Assembly (NCBI GenBank): GCA_034780895.1
Contig: JAUZTB010000063.1
Location: 9,886,278-9,950,269, forward strand
DNA from: Rhynchobatus australiae
Lineage: Eukaryota
Direction of reading: 5' to 3'
Length of the DNA stretch: 63,992 nucleotides
This document shows, piece by piece, positions 26,525 to 39,384 of the stretch (the first letter of the stretch is position 1; the number at the start of each line of letters is the position of its first letter). The translations under genes were made by a program, and so were the position numbers. The notes under the pieces were generated by a model. The model saw only the letters and a program-made list of their open reading frames with translations. It was not told the DNA's origin and did not search any database.

Positions 26525-26615
26525 CAAAATGCCAGAAAAACTTAGCATGGTCAAGCAGTATCTGTGAAGGCAAGAGCTGTAAGTCAGCCTTTTGGTTCGA
26601 GACCTTGCATCAGGG
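26525..26615 (-). repeat. Solo PLE pseudo-LTR-type repeat, degenerate
   Basis: aaaatgccagaaaaacttagc..gtcaagcagtatctgtg...ttcgagaccttgcatcagg. Confidence 0.55.
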
Positions 26616-27339
26616 TTTGGCTTTACTTGCTGGTTATAGCTGTGTTTGCCGGTACTGCATGGACAAGCCATAAACCTGCCTTGTAATTGTTGGACTTGTA
26701 TGGATCTTCCCAGTTCGTTGGGAAGAATCTGCTGGGTGTCAAGTACATTTATAAGTCAGTTCTAGTTATTGCATGTGATTAATTTACAGAAACAAGCTAC
26801 AGACCTACCAATTTAAAGTGTTGGTCTTAAGTTTCAACTTCATCCTGCTATAATATTTTTGCAATATTGCCCTTTAGCCCAGTAATCTTCACTATTTTTC
26901 CAGCAAGGGCCACTTAGACAAAAAAATCTTCAAAGTGAGAGCTACATTAACTACTAATACATTGCTTTATTCTCCTGAATGATGTTTGACTCCAGTAACT
27001 GAAAGTTTGCTTGTGTATTAAAACAGTACTTTTTTTGGTTAAAAATGTGTGGAAAGTATATGCAGTTAAAAAGATTAAAAATGATGAATGTGGGAAAGGA
27101 ACATTGTAAGTTTTGGTCAGTTAAACAAATGTTGCTGGACAAGGAATTTAAAGATCATGGAAGTTCATATCTCTGCAAGTGAAATTGTGAAGCCGAATTC
27201 ATTTGGTGTTCATTAAAACTACTGAATCATGAAAAAAAATCTTCAGGAAAAAGACTATTACCCCTATCTAACTGAATCTGTATTCTGTTGACGTTGAGTT
27301 ACAACTAGTACACTAATGTGTTTAATCTGAAACATTTGG

Positions 27340-27730
27340 AATAATCAAATTGAGAAGTAACAGAGCATGAATGAAGGTCTCAACAAATGAGGCAAAGGGT
27401 GGGTTGGAGTTTGGCAGTGTCACAGAGGTGAATAAGATAGTCTTGGTAATAGAGTTGGTACAAGATTGAAAGCTTATCTTATGTCAGAAATGATAAAGAT
27501 TGCAAGCATTTGGCGTAGACTCAGACAATTTGCTCAGGAGAGGACAGAGTTTTTAATGAAGACTGTGGTATTGTTCTTCCTAATGTTTGTAGGACATTTC
27601 TGTGCATCCAATACCAGATAATGGATAAACCCAGTGACAAGTTAGACTTCAGGGGTTGGGAACAGCAGTAGTCTGGAATACTAGGTACCAGCAGCTTGGT
27701 TATGGAAGCTGACTTTTTCTTGGGGATGTC
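27340..27730 (-). mobile_element. Old L2-like LINE fragment
   Basis: Purine-rich decayed sequence (gtaacagagcatgaatgaaggtctca...cagaggtgaataagatagtcttggtaat) resembling L2 RT read antisense. No clean ORF. Confidence 0.4.
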
Positions 27731-30700
27731 ACATAAGAGTAGTCAATGTAAAAATAGTTTTTCATGGATCTTTTGTTGGTTGACATCACTGACAAGCATA
27801 AGCCTAGGAAATGGTGCCATTTGCATGTAATTACATAGAACAGTATAGCACAGTATGTGCCGACTTGTATAATCCCCTACTTCATGATCAGTCTAACCCT
27901 TCCCGCCTACACAGCCCATAACCCTCCATTTTTCTTAGATNNNNNNNNNNNNNNNNNNNNNNNNNNNNNNNNNNNNNNNNNNNNNNNNNNNNNNNNNNNN
28001 NNNNNNNNNNNNNNNNNNNNNNNNNNNNNNNNNNNNNNNNNNNNNNNNNNNNNNNNNNNNNNNNNNNNNNNNNNNNNNNNNNNNNNNNNNNNNNNNNNNN
28101 NNNNNNNNNNNNNNNNNNNNNNNNNNNNNNNNNNNNNNNNNNNNNNNNNNNNNNNNNNNNNNNNNNNNNNNNNNNNNNNNNNNNNNNNNNNNNNNNNNNN
28201 NNNNNNNNNNNNNNNNNNNNNNNNNNNNNNNNNNNNNNNNNNNNNNNNNNNNNNNNNNNNNNNNNNNNNNNNNNNNNNNNNNNNNNNNNNNNNNNNNNNN
28301 NNNNNNNNNNNNNNNNNNNNNNNNNNNNNNNNNNNNNNNNNNNNNNNNNNNNNNNNNNNNNNNNNNNNNNNNNNNNNNNNNNNNNNNNNNNNNNNNNNNN
28401 NNNNNNNNNNNNNNNNNNNNNNNNNNNNNNNNNNNNNNNNNNNNNNNNNNNNNNNNNNNNNNNNNNNNNNNNNNNNNNNNNNNNNNNNNNNNNNNNNNNN
28501 NNNNNNNNNNNNNNNNNNNNNNNNNNNNNNNNNNNNNNNNNNNNNNNNNNNNNNNNNNNNNNNNNNNNNNNNNNNNNNNNNNNNNNNNNNNNNNNNNNNN
28601 NNNNNNNNNNNNNNNNNNNNNNNNNNNNNNNNNNNNNNNNNNNNNNNNNNNNNNNNNNNNNNNNNNNNNNNNNNNNNNNACCCAAATATTCAGAGTTTGC
28701 CTCAGTGCCATGAACAGGCTGTAATATCTGCCCAGAAGAGGAACTTTACCTGGCTTTGTTGAGTGATTTTTACGTGTTATTTTTAAAACTTGCTTCATTT
28801 AGTAGGCAATGGCTGATCCACAGATTATTTCCAGGAGAGCCAATGAAGGACATTGCCTGAACCTGAAGCATAATTCTTTGGATGTGGGTTTCAGGTTTGC
28901 CTCAGTGCCAGGCACAAGTGTGTCATCCATCGAGGAAAGAGAAGGAACTCTACCTCGGCTCAGAGGTTGATTTTTTTTTGGGGGGGTGTATTTTTCAAAC
29001 TTGCTTCAGTGGTAGATGTGACTGATAGATGATCAGGTAAGGAAGCACAGTTAACCCACAAGCCACAATCAGTCATTGTCCAATGGAGAATTGATGGTAC
29101 TTTCTTTCACTTACTATTCTATCCCTGAATAGTACAAGCATTAAGCACCCACATGCTCACACCACACCCCCACAAAAATTTTACCTTCCTTTCTTAAGCT
29201 TGCCATTCCTGTTTAATTATATTTGGGAATGTAAAAATAAGTCTTAACATCGTTCACCCCACCTTAGAATTTTTTGCAGTGTGGCTACCTAATTATTGAA
29301 TGCCTTATCACGACACATCACCCAACAATGTTCTGCCCTTCATTGTCTGTNNNNNNNNNNNNNNNNNNNNNNNNNNNNNNNNNNNNNNNNNNNNNNNNNN
29401 NNNNNNNNNNNNNNNNNNNNNNNNNNNNNNNNNNNNNNNNNNNNNNNNNNNNNNNNNNNNNNNNNNNNNNNNNNNNNNNNNNNNNNNNNNNNNNNNNNNN
29501 NNNNNNNNNNNNNNNNNNNNNNNNNNNNNNNNNNNNNNNNNNNNNNNNNNNNNNNNNNNNNNNNNNNNNNNNNNNNNNNNNNNNNNNNNNNNNNNNNNNN
29601 NNNNNNNNNNNNNNNNNNNNNNNNNNNNNNNNNNNNNNNNNNNNNNNNNNNNNNNNNNNNNNNNNNNNNNNNNNNNNNNNNNNNNNNNNNNNNNNNNNNN
29701 NNNNNNNNNNNNNNNNNNNNNNNNNNNNNNNNNNNNNNNNNNNNNNNNNNNNNNNNNNNNNNNNNNNNNNNNNNNNNNNNNNNNNNNNNNNNNNNNNNNN
29801 NNNNNAACAAGGATGGGATGATTAGATTGCTCAACAGACAGTGGCGTGGACTTAGACCCATTGACCACCTTTTGTGCTATTACAATGCTATAATTTAGAT
29901 GGCATCACAAATACTTTTTCCGTCATCACAACACTCGGCAGCACTAAACATGATCTTTTTTTTGCATTAATCACACCAGGAATGTCTTGATGAAAACTAG
30001 AACCAGCTCTTGCTTAGTCAAGGATGCAAAATCCACCATTTGACTATGTAAACATCTGGGAAGATATTTGGACCTTTTTTAAAAATGATCTACCAGGATT
30101 TATGGAAGTTCCAAGAGATCTTGCTCAATGATTTAGAAAAAAAAATTGGATAAGTAATATTTATTTGATAACCATCATCTGAACATTAGTTGATGTTACT
30201 GCTTCCCATGTGGCAAAATAGGAAGCTGTTTTTTTTATTCTGAGGATTTTCATCTACCATTGTTTGTGTAATCAATTGTGTATATATATCCCAGGCTTTG
30301 TCATTTGGCCAGTTTCAAAGTTTAGTTTTATTTTATTATATACTGCTTATACAAGAGCTTGTAAAAGCACATTCTGTGGATTATTGACATTACCAATACC
30401 AATTTGTGCTAATAATTGTCACATGTTATTCTGAGGGTACAATGGTGCCTGTTGTCACGTTATGAAAAATGAAGCTGTTTTGTGTATCTGGTGCCAGAAG
30501 AATAAATAATACCTCAATCTTTTCTCCACAGGTACTGTTTTATGTGTTTCTCCATGTGCTGTTGTACCTTTCTAAGCTGTNNNNNNNNNNNNNNNNNNNN
30601 NNNNNNNNNNNNNNNNNNNNNNNNNNNNNNNNNNNNNNNNNNNNNNNNNNNNNNNNNNNNNNNNNNNNNNNNNNNNNNNNCTAAGCTGTTTGTCATTTGA

Positions 30701-30897
30701 GGCTTATTAGGAGTACTGAAGTGTGTAACCTCAAACGTGTGCAAGTCAACACTCAGTAATGGATCTCTTGCGACCGAGTAAAAGATGTGAGAGAACATAG
30801 AATTGTGCATATAACTGTGGTCAACTATCTTGCACGAACAAGCAAGATTTTGTGACTTTATTTTGCTGCACAGGAAGTCTTTACCCACACCACTTAA

Positions 30898-31052
30898 CCT
30901 TCCTGGTGTACTAGCCATTTATTCCCATTATCAATCAGCATTCTGAAAATAAATCATGCTGTTCCTGTTTGTGGGCCCTTGCTTTGTACAAATTGACTGC
31001 CATATTTTGTACGTTATAACAATGGCAAATACCAAAAGTACTTCATTCAGCA
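30898..31052 (+). mobile_element. Deu-domain SINE remnant (SacSINE1/AmnSINE1-like)
   Basis: ctgtttgtgggccttgctttgtacaaattgactgcc...aaaagtacttcatt matches the recalled Deu domain. Confidence 0.7.
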
Positions 31053-31479
31053 CAATGATAACAGTGCAGAGGGAGGCCATTTGGCCTGTGCAGTCATTAC
31101 TGGCTGTATGCAAGAGCAAATCAATCAGTCCTCCTCCCCATTGCCCTGCAAGTTCTTTCCTTTCAGATCACTGTCTAGCTCGCTTCTGAATGGTACTATT
31201 GAGTTACAATATTACTGCTCCTGCTTTTCCTCGTGTTAATTTTTGCTTTGCTGATCACCTTCGTTCTTGACCCCTCTGCTTTTAAAAAGTGACTTCCTAG
31301 CTCATGTACTTTATGCAACTGTTTTTAAAACCCAGGATCCACTTTCTCAACCTGCCCTGCCATTTTAATGAACTATGTGCATACATTCTGAGGTACCTAT
31401 TAGTGTGGATCGGTACTAGATTGTTCACATGGATGTGGTGGCCAAGGGCCTATTTCTATGCTGTATGAATAACACCAGC

Positions 31480-31790
31480 AATTTTCATGTTTTCTGCAAA
31501 CTTCTACTAATCATTCTTTCAACATGTATATTGAAATAATTAATATATATGACAAAAATCAAGTGTCTCAGCGCCAATTTTTGTGGTACGCCATTGGTCT
31601 CAAGCTTCCAATCACAGAAGAAACCCACCAGCTTCATACACTGTCTCCTATTATCAATCAATTTTGGATCCAATTTGCCATCTTGCCTTGGATCCCATGG
31701 GCTGTAAACTTTTGGACAAGCCTTTCATGTGGGACCTTGTTAAAGGCTGCACTGTAGTCCACGTCAATAGCATGACCATCATCAATATAT
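31480..31790 (-). mobile_element. CR1 RT fragment
   Basis: Minus-strand RRQCMKLVGFFCDWKLETNGVPQKLAL.HLIFVIYIN. Confidence 0.75.
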
Positions 31791-32299
31791 TTTGTTCCTT
31801 TTCTTTTCTTGCATAGTATTAAGAAATCTGTAATTGTTCGATGGTTGCTTGTGACTTTGAATGCAAAGTGGCAAGCATAAGAAATCAGTAATCCTTTAAT
31901 AACATCCCAAAGCCAAAGTAAGAAGAGCTCTGTGGCTCCCTACAGAAAGCTTGTCTGGATCATTAACGCAGCAAACCTTCGTCAGTAGTCTGACTTTTAA
32001 AAAAAAATTTGTGTATAATTCTCATAGTATGCAAGCATTCTGTTTCAAATATTTAGCTTTGAAAAGGACAAAATTGGCAAGAGCTTTAAATGGGAAACAT
32101 CTATATTCTTTATGCTCTGTTCTGAATACTGCCCAGTCTTTCTTTATTATTATTAGTGTTTTGTGAAAGAGGTTACACTCACCTATAGTGAATGAATGTT
32201 CACTGTGTTCACCCAATGCATCATGATATAAATTCAGTTTTCAGCAAAGTCATGTTTTTCAAAGACATTTTTCTCTAGTTATTAAAGGAGCTGTTAAGA

Positions 32300-34970
32300 G
32301 CTATAATTGTCATCAGGGCAGAATGCCATGGAATAAAAGGGACTGTGGTTACTTGAGTACTATGTACACCTTTGGTCACAAAAAAAGGATAATCTTGCAA
32401 AAAAGGGAACACAATAAAGATTCAGTTGATTGGTTCCAAAGGTGGCAAGTTTGAAGTATGAGGAGAGATTGAGTAGACAAGGAGCAAAAAACAAACTGCT
32501 GGAGGAACTCAGCAGGTCATACAGATTCTTCATTTGAGATTCTTCATCTGGACTAGGCTTTTATTCTTTTGAATTCAGAAGAACACGCAATCTAATTGAA
32601 ATTTACAAAATGCTTACAGGGCTAAATATAGGAAGCCTGCGGTGTCTTGGTCAAAGTCTTAGAATAAGTAGTGGACCATCTAAGACGGCAATGAGGAGAA
32701 ATTGCTTCATGCACAATCTTTAGAACACTCCATCCCAGTGGGCTCAGTCATTGATTTCATCCAAAATGGAGATCAATAGATTTCTGGATATTCAGGGAAT
32801 CAGTGGGTGTGGGGATAGTAAAGGAATATGGTGTTGAGGGAGATCAGCCATTATCTTGATGAATGGCAGAGCAGACTCAAAGGGCTAAATGGCCAACTCC
32901 TACTTTTTATTTTTTTCTAACTGGAAGGACATGAAGGAAATAGAGAAAGTGCAGAGGAGATTTAACCAGATGTGACCTGGGGTGGAACATCTCGGTTATG
33001 AAGGAAGATTACATGGGTAAGGTTTGTTTTCTTTGGAGCAAAGGATGAGAGATAGAGGTATTCGAAATTATGAAGGGCATCAATACTGTGGATGGTGAGA
33101 AACTTTCCCACTTTACAGAGGTGTCTAAAACCAGAGGGCATACGGCTTAAGGAGAGTAATAAGAGGTTAGAGAGGATCTGAGGAAGACTTTTTTTCACCC
33201 AGAGGGTGGTTGCAATCTGGAATGCATTGCCTGAGAAAGTGGTAGAGGCAGATATTCTCCCCAACATTTAAAGTATTTGGATTAGCACTTGAATTGCCAT
33301 AGTATTGAAGGTCACGGATCAAGTACTGGTAAATGAGATCAATGTAAACAGGTACCTTATGGTTGGCATGGGTGTGGTGGGCTGAAGACATTCTTTTTGT
33401 CCTGAATGACTCTGATCCTATAATTCTAAATAGAAACAGGAATAGGCTATTGTCCCTCAAGCCTGCCCTGCTGTTGAATATGATTATGGTTGATCTGCCC
33501 CAGGCCTCATTTCCTGTGACAGTTTCCCATGGCCCTTAATTCCATGACCTTGGGAGGGGAAAAAATGTATGTACTTCCTCTTTTAAATACCCCCAGTTGT
33601 CAAGCCTCCACAGTCCTCTGGGGTAGAGAATTCCAGAGTTTCACTAGCTTCTACAAACAGTATAAAACCAGATCGTAGGAGCTGTTACAAACATACAAAA
33701 AGAAAAAAATATACATGGCTTAAATGATGAGACTGAGAAATCAACAACAGGAAATGGAGAAGTGGCAAAGCTTCTAATTAATTATTTTGTATTGCTCTTC
33801 AAAAATTAGGGAAGTTTTGATGTAAGTTTACAAGGCACTGGCAAAACCACACCCAAGTGCTGATCTGAAAGGAAGTGGCTGTAGAGATGGTGGATGCATG
33901 ATCATAATCTACCAAAACCCACTGGATTCTGGAATGGTCCCAGATAATTGAAAATTCACAACACAGCAACATACTTCAGGACAGGAGGAAGACAGAAAGC
34001 AGGAAATTATTGGCCAATAGCTTAATGTTTGTTGTTTGGGGAAAATGCTGGAATCCAATGTTAAAAGAGGCAGTATCGGGACATTTAGAAAATCATGAGA
34101 AATTGAGCAGAGTCTATATGGTCTGATGAGATAGAAAGCACGTTAGACAAATTTGCAAAAAAACATTTTTGAGGGTTTCACAAACGGAGTGGATATAGGG
34201 TAACCAGTGGATGTAGTATGTTTGGATTTCCAGAAGGGATTTGATAAGGTGCTACATACGTTACTGCACAAGATAAGAGTATAAGAGATGTATATTTGCA
34301 TGGATGGAGCATTGGATAACTAACAGCAAAATGGGTCATTTTCAGAATGGCAATTAGTAAGTGATGGATTGTTAGATCTGTTTTGAAGCTGCCATTACTT
34401 CTGTGAATGACTTGGATGACGGGACCATGTGTACTGTAGCCAAGTTGCTGATGATACAAAGATATGTAGGTTAGCAAGTTTTGAGATGGAATATAATGTG
34501 GGAAAATGTGTCTACTCTAGAAGGAAGAATTGTTATTCAAATGAAATAAGACTACAAAATGTGATAGAGAAGGGATCTGGGAGTCCAGTGCAGGTGTTAA
34601 CAAGCAATTAAGAAAGCTATTGAAATGTTGTCCATCATTACATGGGAGGTTTTGATTCAAGTTTGCAACACAGTGATGAGACCACACCTGGAGTGTTGCA
34701 AACAGGTTGTGGTCTCCATCTTTAAGGAATGATATATTTGCACTGGAGCCAGTGCAGAGGAGGTTCACCAAGTTGATTCCTGGACTGAAGGAATTAATGT
34801 ATGAAGAGAGGTTGAGTAGTTGGGCCTAAGGTCATAGGAGTTTAGAAAAATGAAGCAACCGATGATTCTCCCAATGTGGCCATAGTTTCAGTCCAAGAGG
34901 TTACTTCAGAAGGACATGAGTAGGAATTGCTTCCTTGAGCCTTGTGACTTTTTGGAGTTTTCTATGCCAG
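32300..34970 (+). mobile_element. Cluster of decayed CR1 copies (several 3' ends, one antisense at about 33430-33660, PLE arm at about 32480-32555)
   Basis: Repeated CR1 motifs: LDFQKGFDKV, KVADDTK, RPHLE, ALEPVQRRFTKLIPGL, and tails at about 32900 and 33415. Confidence 0.75.
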
Positions 34971-34971
34971 A

Positions 34972-35437
34972 GAACTGCGGAGGCAGAGTAGTGGACTCTG
35001 CCCAATACATCACGGACACATCCCTCCCCACTATCGGTAGTATCTACAGGAGGCGTTGCCTCAAGAAGGCAACATCCATCATTAAAGATCCCCAACATCT
35101 GGGCCATGCCATCTTCTCACAACTACCATTGGGCAGGAGGTACAGAAGCCTGAAGTCCCACACCACCAGGTTCAAGAGCAGCTACTTCTCTTCAACCATT
35201 TGGTTCTTGAACCAACCAACAAACCCTAATCACTACAATTTAGCAACACCAAAATAGTGTTTGTTTTTTGCATTTTAATAGTGTTCTTTCTTGTAAAAAA
35301 AATTGTATAATTTGTTTTTCTTCTGAGTGCTGTTTATATGATGCTATCTGCTTGTGATGCTGCTGTAAATAAGTTTTTCATTGCACCTGTACGTACGTGT
35401 ACTTGTGCATATGACAATAAACTTGACTTTTGACTTT
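34972..35437 (+). mobile_element. Rex1/Babar-type LINE 3' fragment inserted in CR1
   Basis: RVVDSAQYITDTSLPTIGSIYRRRCLKKATSIIKDPQHLGHAIFSQLPLGRRYRSLKSHTTRFKSSYF. Tail caataaacttgactttttgactt. Confidence 0.85.
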
Positions 35438-36789
35438 TGAAATGTATTCAGACATTTGAACTGCGGCAAGAGAGCAAGAAAGAGGCCAAGATTAGATCCT
35501 CCATGATACTGAATGGCAAAGCAGATTCAAGGAGCTGATTGGCCTACTCCTCCAGTTTCATTTGTTCTTGAGTCAACAAAGACACAGGAATAAGCCATAT
35601 GGCCCTTTGAGCCTGCTCTGCCATTTACTAAGATTTACGGCCCTCTGAAGGAAAACTTGCATTTCATCTCTGTCCTTGCAGTCTAATAGCTCAGTCTGAA
35701 ATTATGCCCTCTTGTTCTACACATGAGGGGAACATCCCATCTCAACACCTATCATATCCTCTTGGAATCTTGTATTTTTCAGACACATCTGCTGGTCATT
35801 CATTATGTTGCTTTAGTCTATTCTATCATCTTGTTCTGAATGTGAAGGTAGAGATTTTGTTCTTGAATTGGAGTGCACATTGCCCCATAACTCATTTGAA
35901 TATAAACCCAATCAGGAAGACACTTAGCTCTTTATAAGGATGCCATGAGGCACTTCTTTTAATAGCACAACTGAGTTAGGGAACTACAACCATTACTGTG
36001 CCCAGATTTGTTTTCATTGAAATCAGTATAGGAATTGTAGGGACAATTAGTTGAAAGGGGAAATGAAAAATAAAATCTAAGAAGTGGAATTGTATCATTG
36101 AAAATATGTAGGTCAGCCACCACTGCAATAGTTTCACTGTACTGTTGTAAACAACTGATTTTGATTGTCTTTAGAGGCTGAATTTTAGTCGTATCAAACT
36201 GTAGTGCAGCTGCCAGTTGCTATGTCACTAATCTCTACCACTGACATCTGCACAACACACAGCAGGATCAGACATCCTGTCTCCATTGATAGCCCTACTT
36301 AAGTCCTGGAGGGTAAACGAAAGGCGTAGTAGTTACATCAACAGGCGTGTCAAACAATTTGCAGAAAGATGAAGAGTGATTTTTTTTATAATTTAGAGAA
36401 CAGATTTATCATTGTTACATAGACCGGAAGAAGTCTTCCATTTTTTTCAAAAAAATTTTAATTTTTTGTTATTTTAAATAGACATACAATATGTCTGCAA
36501 TATTGTATATATTGCAATATGTACAATATATAGTACATCTTTTCAATGATCAAAACATTTGGCTGAAGGCTGTTGTCTTTTCGCACTTGCTGCCTAGTTT
36601 TTTTGCAATACAGCAGACCTCAATAATGCTGAAAGCAAAAGCATTATAAATGTTCATGCGATAAACCTCAATTATTTGGTTAAACATGCTTGTAAAGATG
36701 ACACATTTTGATACCCATGATTGAAAGTTATTGAATTCTGGACACTGTTACCCATTGTGTTGAGATGTATACTGAGATCTTTCATTTTC

Positions 36790-37450
36790 GATGACAGTTC
36801 CTTGAATCAAAGGATGAGTTGTTTCCACTCCAGTTCTGAGGTGGCTGAAAAATGTTATGTGGGATCCTGAGACTCTGCCAAGATTGTTAGGGATGCTGTG
36901 TTCTCGTTCTGCATTTAGTGACTGGCTTTCCTGTACCCCTGTGGTAGTGCTGCTTGGTGCCTTCATTAAGGTGTCAAGTTAAATGAGTATGTTACTTTTT
37001 TTAATGGAGACTTTGTATTCCTGCAAATCTCTTCCTATGACGAAGCTCTGGGTAGAATGCTGGCTTCTGGAGTTTGGTATCATGTATGTGAACATTGAGA
37101 CCTGCCCATCAGAACTGATTGAGCTGAGTCAAAGATTAGTCCTGATCTTACTGAATGGCAGAATAGGCATAATTGCTGGAATGGCCCAATCCTGTTTTGA
37201 TTACTTGTCTTCCTTTGGTGACTTTAGTCTTTTTAGAGGACATTGTTCTGGGATAGGGATGTTGACATTGGTTTGCAAGTCCAGTATACAGGATTTTATG
37301 GATATAGCCTTGGTGGTATTTGTCCATTAGGATGCCTACTGTGGTCATTAAACACTCTTTCCCACAAGAGGCCAAATATAGTTCTGATGTGTGAGAGGCA
37401 ATTATGGCTTTCATTATCCATGTTTGCTTTCTGAGAAGTAACTTGCTCCA
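36790..37450 (-). mobile_element. Degenerate RTE LINE 3' part
   Basis: Minus-strand LQKPAFYPELRHRKRFAG, homologous to the RTE at about 18510-18570. RTE-like tail near 36800. Confidence 0.6.
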
Positions 37451-38049
37451 GAGATGTAGGAGGTGATCTGTGTTGACCAGGATGCTTTTTTTTCAAGAAT
37501 ATTGTTTCTGGTTTTAGGTATGATACATGGAGAGGTTCGTTAAGGGCTTTGTCTTCCGCATAATACCACCAGACAATCAGAGACCTATGACCAGCTGTGA
37601 AGAAAGGAAATCACAAACAGGATGGCAGATGCCCTCTGTTGTTAGGGCATTGTAAAAAGATGCTTGAAATTGTGCGGGAGCTGCTTCATGACAAATACAG
37701 TTAGCCAGCACTACAACTGAGCTGTGGCAGGTGCAACTTAGAGACCTTGACAGGTTACCATGCGCATTGAAGCAAACTGAAGCTCTATCCACTCCATTTT
37801 TGAGGTGGCTGAAAAATGTTATGTGGGATCCTGAGACTCTGGATGTAAAATATTCCATGACACCATTTCAAACAAAAAGAGGCATTTTAAGAGGTGTTTA
37901 AGAAGCATTTAGACAGGCATGTGAACAGAAAAGGAATGGAGGGATATTGACAATGTGCCGGCAGATGGGATTAATTTGGATTGGCATCATAGGCACACAA
38001 ACAACATGGGACAAAGGGTCTGTTCCTGTGCTGCACTGATCCAAGTGAA

Positions 38050-38262
38050 TCCTCCCTGATGTCTTGATCAATATTTATTTCTCACTTAACACAATTGAAA
38101 ACAGATCACCTGATCATTCTCTTATTGTTGTTGGAGTTTTGTTTTATGCAAATTGCCATGTTTCCAACTTGACAGCAATGATCACACTTCAAAAGTACTT
38201 TGGATGTCAAAATCTCCAAGGGGTCCTGAAAGGTCCATGAAATACACTATAAATCCAAGCTG
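38050..38262 (+). mobile_element. Deu-domain SINE remnant
   Basis: ccctgatgtcttgatcaatatttat...aaaacagatcacctgatcatt...cacacttcaaaagtactt...gtcctga...ctataaatccaag. Confidence 0.75.
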
Positions 38263-39029
38263 TGTTTTCTGTTTTGACTTTGGAATTGTACCACATGAAT
38301 TATCTATTTTCTCTTTGGCCAAATTAAAATGAAGTCAAAGTACAATTTAATTCTCTTTTATATAGATGTATTCTTAATTATTTTTCTTTTCACAAAAGTT
38401 AATTGAATGGACTACAGAAACTTAATGTTATAGGAAAAATCTCCACTTGTCTCTTTCTGCCTTAGNNNNNNNNNNNNNNNNNNNNNNNNNNNNNNNNNNN
38501 NNNNNNNNNNNNNNNNNNNNNNNNNNNNNNNNNNNNNNNNNNNNNNNNNNNNNNNNNNNNNNNNNNNNNNNNNNNNNNNNNNNNNNNNNNNNNNNNNNNN
38601 NNNNNNNNNNNNNNNNNNNNNNNNNNNNNNNNNNNNNNNNNNNNNNNNNNNNNNNNNNNNNNNNNNNNNNNNNNNNNNNNNNNNNNNNNNNNNNNNNNNN
38701 NNNNNNNNNNNNNNNNNNNNNNNNNNNNNNNNNNNNNNNNNNNNNNNNNNNNNNNNNNNNNNNNNNNNNNNNNNNNNNNNNNNNNNNNNNNNNNNNNNNN
38801 NNNNNNNNNNNNNNNNNNNNNNNNNNNNNNNNNNNNNNNNNNNNNNNNNNNNNNNNNNNNNNNNNNNNNNNNNNNNNNNNNNNNNNNNNNNNNNGTGTTT
38901 TTCAGAATCGTTTCGGTTAGTGATTCCTTTTAAATTATTTTTGTTACCTTTTTATCAAGGTTTTGTTTGCAAATCTAAGTTTATGAATTGAGATTTCTTC
39001 AATGAGTCTCCTGAAGGTGGTTAGTTAAA

Positions 39030-39384
39030 AACTATGCAATTTATATTACACCTTCTGTGGCCTAAAATTGGAGCATCTGGAATACCTTTCAAAGCCATTT
39101 TGAAGAATAATTGCCATTATACTGTAGAAAATGCAGCAGTCAGTTTGCATTCAACAAGGTCCCATATTCTGCAGGGTAGTAACCAGATAATTTGTTTTTA
39201 AGTGTTGTTAGTTTGAGTAATCAATATTTGACTGGGACACCATAGGTAAATACCATTCCTCTTCCACCATCCCCACTGCCTCGCCTGCAACTGTATCTTT
39301 AAAATTGTGCCCAGAACCTTTAATATCCACCTGAGGGAGAAGGCGGGCGTTCAATTTCAACCAAAAGACAGCACCACTGTCTTT
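39030..39384 (-). mobile_element. Deu-domain SINE remnant
   Basis: Antisense Deu domain: tgtagaaaatgcagcagtcagtttgca..aaggtccca...accagataatttgttttta...aatatttgactgggacacc...atatccacctgag. Confidence 0.75.

Noticed and set aside
13261-29898. Long ORFs of 170-300 aa in the ORF track
   Set aside because: They consist of X residues translated from N-runs.
36485-36540. AT-rich quasi-palindrome (caatat/atattg repeats)
   Set aside because: Low-complexity slippage sequence.
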